A stretch of 64,000 nt of DNA from Octopus sinensis (taxonomy: Eukaryota): assembly GCF_006345805.1 (NCBI RefSeq), contig NC_043015.1, positions 48,732,001-48,796,000 of the forward strand, given 5' to 3'. Numbering within the stretch: the first letter of the stretch is position 1; every line of letters starts with the position of its first letter. Under the pieces are notes generated by a model. That model did not search any database. It saw nothing but the letters and a program-made list of their open reading frames with translations, and was not told the DNA's origin. Below, piece by piece: positions 11,204 to 22,725 of the stretch. The position numbers were made by a program, and so were the translations under genes.

Positions 11204-12546
11204 CACAACAGCTTCCACAAGGACATGTGTTAGTTCCGAAATTCTTGGCTGGGGATGCAAATCTTCTCGTTCCCGTACGACAAAATGCGGCAGCAGCATC
11301 GAATTGAATCGTCCATCTCCTTCTTCTCTCAATGTAGAATGAGGAAACTTGGATGTTGAGGTAATGTAAATAAATAAATACGTATATAGAGGTGAAGATG
11401 GAGGGGCGAGAGTTCGGGGCGAGGGATAAAAAATATAAAATAATATAAAATAATGTATAAATGTAGATGATAAAGATATAAAGAGTTGTAAGGAGATGTA
11501 AAGGGGTATAAAGGCATAATGTTGTAAAGTAAAAATAGAAATGGAAATAATAGTAAAAGAAGTAAAGGAACCTGATAAAAACATGATAAAAGTGTAAAAG
11601 AATGTAGGGATAAGGGATGTATAGAGGTCGCGGACCCAGCATGGTGGTCAAGAGATTGATAAAACTTAGTTGTAGAACTGTCAGTAAATTAACGTTTCGT
11701 CGTAATCAGAGCTGATGAGAGTTTAATCTGGTTCCTTGAATTAAATGGACTTCCAGTACATACATATCATCATGGGTACATACACCCACATACACGCGTA
11801 CATATACGTCTCCAAGTCTATAAGCAACACACGCACTCGCGTGTAAACATGTACATAAACCCACACGCACCCACACGCATGCGCGCACACACACATACAT
11901 ACAACAGAATATCCGCATATATAGACGGACATTACGCGCGTATACGCTCACATGTACATACGTGCGCCCCTCACTACATACGTACACGTATATGCCCACG
12001 TCTCTAGGTCTAGGTATAAGATATTAAAGGATGTGTATAAGAACGTATGTAAAGAATCCCGTACTCATGTTAATACGCGCACGCACACACGGCTGTGTGT
12101 CCGTATGTGCGTGCACATATATATACTCACACACGCACACAGAGACACACGCGCTCATGGGTATAGTCATAAGATATCGAAGTATGCATGTACACATACG
12201 CGCGCGCACATGTATGTATGCGCATACACACGTACGCGGACGCTCGGATACTCAAAAGGCGGATCCATAGGTGAGTAAATAAGCATATATAGAGGTGTAA
12301 AGCGATAGATTAGGGGTAAGAATGAGGGTAAGGGTAAAGATTAGAAATAAAAAATACAGTATAAAATAAGAAATACAATGTAATAGTTAGAAATGAAATA
12401 TAAGAATTATAAGGGTTATAAGAGTTAAGGTAAGGGATAAAATGAAAATGAGAGTAAATGGCAGTAGAATAAACGTAAAAATAAAAGTAAAAATAAAATT
12501 AAAAATAAAAATACATGGAAGTAGGATAAAATAAAAATAAAATAAA

Positions 12547-12577
<31 letters not shown>

Positions 12578-14707
12578 TAAAAATAAAAATAAAATAAAAA
12601 TAAAATAAAAATAAAAATAAAAATAAAATAAAAAATAAGGTAAAAATATAATTTTGTAAAGTTTAACATGAGATGGAGGTGGCCCACATATATATATATG
12701 TGTATATGTACACACACACGTATGTGCACATAAACGCACACACACACACACACCACCACATACACACGCGCATATAGGAAAACGGGATGTGCTGGAGCCG
12801 ACAGGTTGCACCGGGTGGGAGGAATAGCATGGGGGAGTTGGTATAAGACCTAAGCATTGTAGTATTTGAAAGTATTAATAAGTTTATGTATACAGGATGG
12901 TTTGAACTCTGACCTTTTGTTAATAAGATTGTGTTTGTCTTTGAATTCAAGATGTTCAGGAGTTCTACACAGCATAGTTGGCATCCTGCTCTATTATTTA
13001 AATAAGGTGCAGCTGATCCGATGATGGACCATCTGAGTTTGAAGCTTATGCATTGTCTTTTAATTCCCAAATTCTTTTAGAGAGGGAGGTGCTGTTAGCC
13101 TTATGTCTCTATGTCTCATCGAGGACCGGTGGTTGTAGTATCTGGATTTCCAGGAGGTTGAGCAACCAATATAGGTGAGTGTGTTAAATTGAGTACTCAC
13201 CTCACATGAGTATATTACGTTTTTTGCCCTGCATGCGCCCTGCAGCGGGCACTCTGATGCACATCTGCAGTTGCATTGCATTGCATTATTCGGTCGTGTG
13301 CTGCTAATCCTAGGCGGAGGTGTTGCAATACGAGTGGGGGCGTTGGTAACCTCCTGGTTGTTGATGGGTGTAGTATTTCCTCTGTAGTGTCGGCGGGTGT
13401 TATTACTAACTGCTTGGGTATTATGGTTGCCAGTCTGGTTATAATGCCTACTGTCTAGATGAGGGGGTTTCTGTTGGTCGCTATGGTTTGCTCTTGATCT
13501 AGCTGTTCTAATATTAATATAGTTGTGTTAGCTAAGAGGCAGTTCATGTTGGGCAGGGTAGAGTAGGAAATCCTAATAGTTTTGTTGGAGAAGATACTTC
13601 TATATTTGTGGGTGGGTGGGAAGTTGTTGGAAATTATAGAGAATATTCTTTTACATAACCTACCCCTAACTGCTAAGTTGAAAGGTATGTTGAACCATAT
13701 GTATTTGCGTAATCTACTATTATCCCTTCTGTTTCTCCTAATAGGATCTATATTGTTCTCGTCGGGAGGGTTACTATTGTGTGCTGTTCTATTAGTCCGC
13801 CTATTTCCTATATGTTGTTTGGAGTTTGAATTAGACTTATCGGTAGTGTGAGTTGAGTGCTGAGTTCGATTATAATTGGGAGTCTTATGGTCGACGGACG
13901 CTCCCGTTGGTCTACGTATGATATTCTCTGGTTATATCCGGCACTATAGAGAGCTTGGTTGTAGTGTTGAGCATGATTATTGAAAATTTCTCTATTAGAG
14001 GATAGTTTTGTCAGTCTGTCTGAGATGGCTTGTACTGTGGTGCTAATTATACAGGGTGGATGGTTGGAAGAGGTATGGATGTATTTGGTAGTTTCTTCTG
14101 GTTTCCTATATGGGTAGTGAAGGTGCTTATTCAAATCTAACGTAACATCTAAGAAGTTATCCATTTAATTCAAGGAACCAGATTAAACTCTCATCAGCTC
14201 TGATTTACGACGAAACCGTTAATTTACTGACAGTTCTACAACTAAGTTTTATCAATCTCTTGACCACCATGCTGGGTCCGCGACCTCTATACATCCCTTA
14301 TCCCTACATTCTTTTACACTTTTATCATGTTTTTATCAGGTTCCTTACTTCTTTTTACTATTATTTCCATTTCTATTTTTACTTTACAACATTATGCCTT
14401 TATACCCCCCTTTACATCTCCTTACAACTCTTTATATCTTTATCATCTACATTTATACATTATTTTATATTATTTTATATTTTTTATCCCTCCCCGAACT
14501 CTCGCCCCTCCATCTTCACCTCTATATACGTATTTATTTATTTACATTACCTCAACATCCAAGTTTCCTCATTCTACATTGAGAGAAGAAGGAGATGGAC
14601 GATTCAATTCGATGCTGCTGCCGCATTTTGTCGTACGGGAACGAGAAGATTTGCATCCCCAGCCAAGAATTTCGGAACTAACACATGTCCTTGTGGAAGC
14701 TGTTGTG

Positions 14708-14787
14708 AGCGGCTGAAGAAGGCCACAGACATACATTATGATTTGTTATGTATCTGTCTAATAAAGGCCCGAAACATATGTACCGCT
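14708..14787 (+). ncRNA. Type-I hammerhead motif in the inverted pseudo-LTR of the PLE
   Basis: AGCGG-CTGAAGA-A-GGCC(internal hairpin ACAGA..TACAT/ATGTA TCTGT)GGCC-C-GAA-ACATATGT-A-CCGCT: perfect 5-bp stem I, palindromic stem III, GUA triplet. A.C mismatch at the base of stem II. Confidence 0.7.
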
Positions 14788-14904
14788 GAATCCTTCGCCT
14801 CATGTTTTTATTTTTATTTTTATTTTGATCAATTTACTCCACCACCTACACCACCAAACGGTATACACAGGTGCTTATAATTATCAAGTACTCACCCCGA
14901 ATTT

Positions 14905-15557
14905 CTATATATATAAAACTGTAGTTGTGTGAGTGTCTGTCCCCTTCGATTTAGATTCCTAACTACTCCCACATTTTGCGGTGCAGTTTAACCAAATTCG
15001 GGTATCTTATAGTCGTGATTCATATCGAGCCCGTCTGACTATTAGCGCGCGTCAACGATGAGTCTACGATTTTAAAAATAATTTAACATCATTTTTTATT
15101 CCATTTTAATGCATATTTTTTCGTGTGTCGATGGCGGCGGAGTTGGCGTCCATGGTCACACCTGCACCTGTGTTTGCTTCTCCCCTCCCTCGTGAAGCTG
15201 TGGGGAAGGGAGTGTAAGGAAATCAACGTCGTAAAGCATTGTCAAGGAGACCAGCGTTCTTTTAGAACAACGACTTCATGGCTTGAAGACACCAAAACAG
15301 AAATGGCTAAGAAAGCGTCTACGATGAGTCTACGATTTAAAAAAAAATTTACCATCATTTTTTCCATTTTAATGCATTTTTTCGCTATTATATAAGGGAA
15401 GTAACTCTCTAAAAATGTCTACGATGAGTCAACGATTAAAAAAAAATTACCATCATTTTTTATTCCATTTTTAATGCATTTTTTTGCTATAACTCTCTAA
15501 AAATGCTTATATAGTTATTTCCCTTACAAACCCGAGCAACGCCGGGTGATACTGCTA

Positions 15558-15558
<1 letters not shown>
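14905..15558 (+). mobile_element. Non-autonomous Helitron-like element whose extreme 5' end (11059-11075) was split off by the PLE
   Basis: Begins A|TCTATATATATAAAACT and ends CCCGAGCAACGCCGGG..CTAG|T, matching Helitron termini (5' TC, 3' hairpin + CTRR, A|T target). Confidence 0.7.
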
Positions 15559-15624
<66 letters not shown>

Positions 15625-15626
<2 letters not shown>

Positions 15627-16253
15627 TGATTTTCACTCTCGATGAATTTATCCCTTTTTGTGTCCCTAGCACTAGGCTTCCTTATTTGGGAGCCCTTAAT
15701 TATATTTCTATATGAATAATATTTTGTCTAATGACTAATTCGTCTTTTGTGCTAGGCCACTGGTAATAATAATCTATGTTATTATTCTTTTTGATTATAT
15801 TCACATATTATTTGATAGATTTGTTCGTAAAATTTTTTACCGGCATGCCCTATATCGCCGGGTATATTTTGCGTCTGCGCAGAGGTTTGAAAAGTTAAGA
15901 TTTACAAAATGCTTAGATCGACACATGGTCTAACGCTCTGTGCATCTAGAATTAACAAAGGCGTCCCGCTGATGAACCTGACCTTGGCAAACATATTCTG
16001 TCTGTTTTGCTAGAAAGAGGTAGAAACTGATCAGTCCGGGATATATCGTTAATGGTAAATGTTTTTGATTTTCACTCTCGATGAATTTATCCCTTTTTGT
16101 GTCCCTAGCACTAGGCTTCCTTATTTGGGAGCCCTTAATTATATTTCTATATGAAAAATATTTTTCTATATGAATAATATTTTCTCTAATGACTAATTCG
16201 TCTTTTGTGCTAGGCCACTGGTAATAATAATCTATGTTATTACCCTTTTTGAT

Positions 16254-16258
<5 letters not shown>
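15625..16258 (+). repeat. About 1.4 tandem copies of a ~439-bp unit (pLTR- or retrozyme-like), flanked by (TA)n
   Basis: 15625-15798 is repeated at 16064-16258. A related fragment lies inverted at about 51285-51360. Confidence 0.85.
15964..16041 (+). ncRNA. Type-I hammerhead ribozyme motif
   Basis: TCCCG-CTGATGA-ACCT(internal hairpin)AGGT-A-GAA-ACTGATCAGT-C-CGGGA: perfect stem I, perfectly palindromic stem III, GUC triplet; one extra A before G12. Confidence 0.72.
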
Positions 16259-16280
<22 letters not shown>

Positions 16281-16284
<4 letters not shown>

Positions 16285-16692
16285 GTGTACATTTAAACAC
16301 ATAAGAGGAATCCACTCATCGGATTCCTCAGGCTAGAAAGAACAGCTAGGTTCCAAAACCACAAAATTAGGGATAAAATCCCGAAAGGAACGAAATGAAA
16401 AAATAAAAACTTTTACCATCTAGTTTCTTGGACCAATTGGTTTCTGATTTTGGTTTAGCAAATAAGACAATTTGCTAGGTGAAATTGTTATCAACAGGTA
16501 CACCTCAGATTCAATATATAAACATGAGGCAATCAATTATATGCCTTTTGTTTATACATCCTAATGTTTTCAAATCTACTGCGCAGGTGCAGCTCCTCGT
16601 CAGCAATAAAAAGAATGCCAACTTTTAAAATTCGAAAATTATCCAAAAACTTACAATTCCTCTTATGTATTTAAATGTACACTGTATTTTAT
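16281..16692. mobile_element. Inverted-repeat-bounded element with a 3' tail to about 16790
   Basis: AAATAGTGTACATTTAAACACATAAGAGGAAT (16281-16312) is inverted at about 16656-16692. Confidence 0.6.
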
Positions 16693-16785
16693 GAGTAATA
16701 CATAGTCTTTGAACTAAATTTGTACATGCTAGGCCACTGAAGTGAAAATTTCTAATGATTTCCATTTCCCTTCGATATAATAAAG

Positions 16786-16818
<33 letters not shown>

Positions 16819-17469
16819 TATATATATAATAAAAACTTACTTGGAGAAATAAGAAAGTGACGCGAGGTGTTCAATCATACAATAACAATTTAACAAATAA
16901 AACATATGCATACATACATACATATATGTACATACCTACATCTATATATACATGCATATATATATATATGAGTACAGGACATCACAAATAAACGTAAAAC
17001 ACAACGAGAAACGAAAACATAAAAACAAACAAGGAAACGGACTTTTTTTAACAACGAAAAAACAGAGTACAAGACAAACAATACAAGGAATACTCCCTAT
17101 TGTGGTAATGAAAATCAGCAGTTAATTGAAATTGGATAGAAATGAGTTGTTTGTGACTGTGAAGTTCTGAAGGTGGATACCTCTCCACCACTATTTACCT
17201 ATTTGTAGTTACTACTGATTCAATTCTCACTTTCCCCTAAATGTGAGTAGCCATGTACCTCCTCTACAGCAAGGACCTGCTTCTGCCCCCATCCTTTTCT
17301 CTCATAACTTGTTAGAACAAAGCCCCTCAGATTTCAAACAGGTTGCATTGCAAACACTGTGACAAAAGTACCAAGTTCACTCTGTAAAGGGGTTGACATT
17401 AGGAAGGGCATCCAGCAGTTGAAACCATGCCAAAGTAGACACTGTGGCATGATGTAGTCCTTGGTATGG

Positions 17470-17700
17470 CAGTGAGGTGGCAGAAACGTTAGCACGCCGG
17501 GCGAAATGCTTAGCGGTATTTTGTCTGCTGTTACGTTCTGAGTTCAAATTCTGCCGAGGTTGACTTTGCCTTTCATCCTTTCGGGGTCGATAAATTAAGT
17601 ACCAGTTACGCACTGGGGTCAATGTAATCGACTTGATCCCTTTGTCTGTCCTTGTTTGTTTCCTTTATGTTTAGCCCCTTGTGGACAATAAAGAAATATG
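17470..17700 (+). mobile_element. tRNA-derived SINE, family B (Nin/Deu-domain-like core TTTCATCCTTTCGGGGTCGAT..AGTACC)
   Basis: Matches the many other family B copies in the window. Confidence 0.85.
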
Positions 17701-17897
17701 ATGTAGTCCTTGGGCCCATCAGATCCTGTCAAATCATCCAACCCATGACAGCATGGAAAAAAAAAAAACACATGTTAAATGATGATGGTGAACTGTCCAA
17801 TCTATTTGATTATTTATATTCTCTTCTGTCTGCTTTATTGTTACTCTACTAGTAATACAGATTTCCTACCAACTTTTCAAAAAAGGGTGTTTTTAAA

Positions 17898-18100
17898 TTA
17901 CAGAGATGTACTTGCATAGCAAGTGATTTGATCTGAGATCGTGTGCTGAAACGAAAACAGTTGCAGCATGGAAGGTGTTTGTAAGCCATTTAAGAAACAC
18001 ACAAAAGCCGTTCAATTCACTTCAACATTTAAGTTTAATTTGTCAAAATATTTTCGTCACTTTAAGACCGCGACCTGTTCACTGACAAAAATCCGTGCTG
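17898..18100. mobile_element. Family F1 copy 2 (tail plus a single arm) with the best-preserved G3-C8 hammerhead motif at 18039-18089 (minus)
   Basis: Minus strand reads TTTGTCA-GTGAACA-G-GTCGC(GGTCTTAAA)GTGAC-GAA-AATATT-T-TGACAAA. Confidence 0.8.
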
Positions 18101-18139
18101 GAACTCTTAAAGATAATCCTTAATTCACTGTTAACGTTT

Positions 18140-18479
18140 TATTATAAAGCTTTCACTTTTAGATTGCTTTGTATATTCTTCACAATATTCACACAGTTTG
18201 GCTCATTCTGAACAATTTGATATTTAATTTCCTTCAAGAACATATATCTATATAGTTTATGGAATTAACAAGTCCTATGGTATATTATTATGTAATGTTA
18301 CTTATTCTGTTGTGTTTGGGGAGAGTCATTTTCTTTTTGTGCCTTATAATGTAACACACTCACCAGTAAAATTTCCACTTATTTCTTATTTTTATTTTCC
18401 TAAAATTTTTGTTGCATCTTGCAACCTTTTCAATAGTCTTGACTATTGAAAAGGTTGCAAGATGCAATGAAAATTTAAG
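18140..18479. mobile_element. Tail-plus-palindrome repeat, family F3; palindrome 18400-18479 with a U3-A8 hammerhead-like motif
   Basis: TTGCATCTTGCAACCTTTTCAATAGTC..GACTATTGAAAAGGTTGCAAGATGCAA forms a perfect inverted repeat. The left boundary is approximate. Confidence 0.65.
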
Positions 18480-19326
18480 CTCTTAACAATGAAGCAGAAG
18501 CTATCCTGGCCCAGTCAAGTAGTTTTACATTTTCAAAGAACATGGTACAATGTCTGCAGTCAAAAATCAAACAAGTTCACCATTTGGGTACCATTTTGCT
18601 TGGTTTTCTTTGGTGCAAAAATTATGGGCTTGTTATCTTTGCTAAGCTCTGGATATGACTTTAAACTGTATCCAGTAGTGAGTGCTCTGACACAGGAATT
18701 CCAGGGTTTTCAGGAGGGTGAAGCCACCTCTTAACCACTATTATTCCAAGGTCTGCTCTTACCTGGAGCAGTAGCACTTGTAAGGGTCCCAACTATGGGT
18801 AGATTAGTATGAAATGGAAGAATCTTCAAGCACAAACCCTCAATTGCCTTGTGAAGGAAAAGGCTAGGAGAGTCAACCTCAATAGCAGATCAAGGAGTGA
18901 AGTTGGTCTGGTGCCCTCTTTGACACTCTTCCAGGGTAGGTGGAGCACTCCAGCCCTGTAAAGCAATTAACTTAGGGGAAGCTTGTTGGTCACTGTGGCC
19001 ATCTTAGCCCACTGAAACACTGGTCAGACCACTAAGAGTAAAGAGTGGGACCAGAGTACGTGGATTAACTCTCACTTTAAAATTACTAAGTGCAGGCAGA
19101 AAACAATGCAGTGTCATGGACCAGTTTACAAAAAAACACTTGAGGTTGGTACCACTCTTCCTCATGTTCTTCAGATATGAAGAAATTGCCACCGTGTTTG
19201 CTAAGTTAATGAGAAATGGTGAAACTTCAAATAAACTAATAAACAAAATTGTATTAAAACTAATACAGAAAAACTGATAAGTTACATTAATGAATAAATT
19301 GATATTTATAAAAAGTATTGAATTAC

Positions 19327-19413
19327 CTTTCATCTTGATTTGTTAGTTTATTGAACTCTTCTCGCCATATAATATCTTCTTGTGTTTTATTAAAGAAAAT
19401 TAAGTTAACACAC
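19327..19413 (-). CDS. CYB5R4: CYB5R4 coding exon 12
   Basis: tttgtAG..GTaatt, phase 2-2; (R)CVNLIFFNKTQEDIIWREEFNKLTNQDE(R), matching the FFNKT.DIIW motif. Confidence 0.95.
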
Positions 19414-19844
19414 CTACAAAGATAAAATGGAAATGGAAATAGCATAAGAACCAAAAGTGGTATACAATGTTATTCAAAAAGAATGAACTGATTTCATTAT
19501 GCAATATTTTAATAAGGAAAAGAAATAGAAACCTCCAGCTGAGTCACAAGTATTTACTCACAATCAACTTTTATTTCCTGTCTTAGAAGTGTTCAATGTA
19601 GTCTCCACCTGCAGCACGAGCAACATCAATGTGATAAGAGAACTCCTTCCAGATGCATATCAGCATATCAAAAGCAAGTTTGTTATGGAACTAAAGAATA
19701 AAATTTGCTTTGCTCGAGGCAATTCCAGAAGATATTGACATAGAAGGGAAAGGAAAAACTTCAATAAAGCATTCAACTAGACAGCCACAGAAGAACTCAG
19801 TGGATTGTGATATGCTGATATGCGTCTGGGAGGGATTCTCTTAT

Positions 19845-20035
19845 TTCTTTATTGCCCACAAGGGGCTAAACATAGAGGGGACAAACAAGGACAGGCAAAG
19901 GGATTAAGTCGATTATATCAACCACAGTTCATAACTGGTACTTAATTTATCGACCCCGAAAGGATGAAAGGCAAAGTCGACCTCGGCGGAATGCTAAGCA
20001 TTTTGCCCGCGTGCTAACATTTCTGCCAGCTCTTA
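19845..20035 (-). mobile_element. SINE family B
   Basis: Reverse complement of the family B consensus. Confidence 0.8.
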
Positions 20036-20884
20036 TTGCATTGTTGTTACCCATGCTGCAGGTGGTGGCCATACTGAACACTTGTAAGACAGGAAATAAA
20101 AGTTGATTATGAGTAAATACTTGTGACTTAGCTGGAGTTTTCTATTGCTTTTCCTTATTAAATATTGTGTAATGAAATCGGTTCATTCTTTTTGAATAAC
20201 CCTGTAGTTTGAATATGATATAGTATAAAAAAAAAAGGGATCAAAGATCCTTCCCAAGCTCATAAGGCTATTCCTGGATTCTGTGGTGTATATTTCCCAG
20301 GTGGAGGGGATGCTGATCTGCCATAGGATTGCCTGTTTTTGCCAGCCTAGTGGACTGAGGCAATGTGAAATGAAGTGTTTTGCTCAAGAACACAATGCAT
20401 CTCCTGGTTGAAGGCCACAATCTTTTTTTTTATGTCGTGACAATAAAAAGTCTAGGTTTAAAAGTGGAATCTTTAAACATTCCATCTTTAGACTTCTCTG
20501 CATCATCATCTGAAATGTAAGATTTTTTTTTTCTACCCTGAAGTCAGAGGCTTGATTTATCCAATGCTTATTTCCTTCCACTACTGGCTGCATACTTTGG
20601 GGTATCCACATTATGATAAATATCCAAGCCCCCCCCCCCCCCGAAACAACTGTTGCACATGTAACACCTTACCCTCTACCCTTTAATGTTCTCAGTCGTT
20701 TGGACTCTGTGTAAGTTTGATCTATTAATATGTAAATATCTATATCATCATCATCGCTCTTCCTTATTAAATATTGTGTAATGAAATTGGTTCATTCTTT
20801 TTGAATAACCCTTTAGTTTGAATATGATATAGTATAAAAAAAAAAGGATCAAAGATCCTTCCCAAACTCATAAGGCCATTCCTT

Positions 20885-21105
20885 ATCATCATCATCGTTT
20901 AACGTCCGCTTTCCATGCTAGCATGGGTTGGACGATTTGACTGAGGGCTGACGAACCAGATGGCTGCACCAGGCTCCAATCTTGATCTGGCAGAATTTCT
21001 ACAGCTGGATGCCCTTCCTAACGCCAACCACTCCGAGAGTGTGGTGGGTGCTTTTATGTGCCACCGGCATGAGGGCCAGTCAGGTGGTACTGGCAACGGC
21101 CACAA
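20885..21105 (-). mobile_element. SINE family C (ends CCAACCCATGCTAGCATGGAAAGCGGACGTTAAA(CGA/TGA)n)
   Basis: Shares TTAGGAAGGGCATCCAGCTGTAGAAA..TTGGAGCCTGGTGCAGCC with the copies at 27385, 29015, 33058 and 52608. Confidence 0.8.
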
Positions 21106-21135
21106 AAAAAAATACATTTTTTTTTTATACACACA

Positions 21136-21176
<41 letters not shown>

Positions 21177-22139
21177 ATGTGAGTTTGGGGGATATATTAT
21201 GCAGGCAGATATTATGGTGACTCATACTTAAATATTATCTGGAAATCTTCAGTCTTTGCTTTCTTCCTGTTTACATGTATACATATATACATATTTTGTA
21301 TATCAAACCCAAGCTGTTATACCTAATTTATCTGCATAATTGCCTATACACACACATACACACATATGTGTGTGTGTGTGCTTATATTCATCATGTACCT
21401 CGACTTCACATCTCTTTTGCTCTTCTCAGATGGGCAAGCCATGTATTCACCTCTGCAGCAAGACAGCTCCTGCCCTATAAAACTTGCATATCTCTCAATA
21501 CCATATTCCACACAGTTGATGGATTTTGTGTTGCAGGTGTGGGATGAGGTCAGCAGCTGGGGAGCTGACCAGAAGAGGAAGGGTCAGGAGTGACGCGCAC
21601 GCAGGCAGCGAACATTGGGGCCTTTTGGATTGAGGTAGCTGAGGGAGTCAGACGCGTGAGCACGTTGTTAAGGTAGGGGAGAAGCAGCTGCTATTTCTAG
21701 TGTTTGGGTTGGGCTGCGTTGAAGGGTCCATTACCACTAAGAGGTCTCCATCTGAGCGAAGAGAAGGTAGGTGTCCTTATTTCGAATCTCTCTCATACAC
21801 CACAGCAGGTACTTAGTGTTTTCACCAGTGCTGGTGCCACAAAAAAACAAAAACAATGTCCATTATACTCTGTGAAGTGGTCGGTGTTAGGAAAGGCATC
21901 CAGCAGTAGAAGCTATGCCAAAATAGACATTAAAGTTCAACACAGCTCTCTGGCTTGTCAAGTCATGCCGAGCCATCCAACCCATGTTGTTGTTTGTTCC
22001 TTCTTGAGCCATGCCTGGCTCATAAGGGCCGGTTTCCCGGTTTCCTTGGCGTATAGGTTCCCCACCTGGACGGGACACCGGTCTGTCGCAGGTGAGCTGC
22101 AAGACACAGGAGGAAAGAGTGAGAGAAAGTTGTGGTGAA

Positions 22140-22293
22140 AGAGTCAGCAGAAGTTTGCCATTACCTTCTGCCAGAGCCACGTGGAGCTTAGGTGTTTCGC
22201 TCATAAACACACACATCACCCGGTCTGAGATTCGAACCCGTGATCCTTCGACCGCGAATCCGCTGCTTTAACCACTAGGCCATGTGCCTCCAC
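22140..22293 (-). mobile_element. tRNA-derived SINE, family D
   Basis: Reverse complement of GTGGAGGC.CA.TGGCC.AGTGGTTA..GCAGCGGA.TCGCGGTCG.AGGATC.CGG.TTCGA.TC; related copy at 24483. Confidence 0.75.
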
Positions 22294-22571
22294 TATCGAA
22301 CCCATGCCAGTATGGAAAAAGGGACATGATGATGATGGTGATGATGAACAAGTTTCGACACTACTTCCATCTTGCAAATTCACTGACAAGGCTATAGAAG
22401 AAGACCCGGAGCTATAGAAGAAGACATGTGCCCAAGGTGTCATGCAGTGGGATTGAACTAGAAACCTTGTACTTGGGAAGCAAACTTCTTACTTTACAGC
22501 AATACCTGTGCTTATTTTAAATGTCAGTAAATGATTCAGTTGAACATTAAACTTGGAAGATGGATTTTTAC

Positions 22572-22725
22572 CTGATATTTTTCTTTGGATCATTTAAGGC
22601 ATAATAGATAAGCCTGATCATTGGTGTTATACCAGTTCCTGCAGCAAACAGGATTAAATGACTGCACTTCTCGAGTCTTGTTTCATCAAAATTTCCTTCA
22701 AACAAACTTAATTTAATGGAGCTAC
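22572..22725 (-). CDS. CYB5R4: CYB5R4 coding exon 11 (NAD-binding GTGITP motif)
   Basis: tttctAG..GTaaaa, phase 1-2; (G)SSIKLSLFEGNF...LILFAAGTGITPMIRLIYYALNDPKKNI(R). Confidence 0.96.

Larger units (their letters stand above)
11076..14904 (-). mobile_element. 5'-truncated Penelope-like element (RT thumb + GIY-YIG endonuclease, frameshifted) with an inverted 5' pseudo-LTR
   Basis: ORF 13808-14164 (FLDVTLDL..PYRKP..YIHTSSNHPP) is the PLE RT C-terminus. ORFs 13060-13281 (CNCR..CPLQGAC..NVIY..YIG..WKSRYYNH) and 12663-13070 (W.II..A.PY..C.LC..E) are the GIY-YIG domain. 11076-11748 is the reverse complement of 14162-14835. Flanked by a 16-bp direct repeat CTATATATATAAAACT (11060-11075 / 14905-14920). 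Confidence 0.9.

Noticed and set aside
10981-11651. 281-aa ORF 10806-11651 as a single protein (and its mirror 14260-14880)
   Set aside because: Only the last ~57 codons are CYB5R4 exon 13. The rest is chance read-through of the non-coding PLE pseudo-LTR.
14185-14230. Second hammerhead in the PLE pLTR (CTGATTTACGACGAAACCGTT; mirror copy at about 11690-11725)
   Set aside because: The core is not CUGANGA and no stem I partner exists.
16560-16605. CTGACGA..GAAAAC on the minus strand
   Set aside because: Stem I and stem III partners are missing.
20430-20512. Apparent minus-strand exon (tttcAG|AT GAT GAT GCA GAG AAG..)
   Set aside because: There is no GT donor before an in-frame stop, and the CYB5R4 frame is complete without it.
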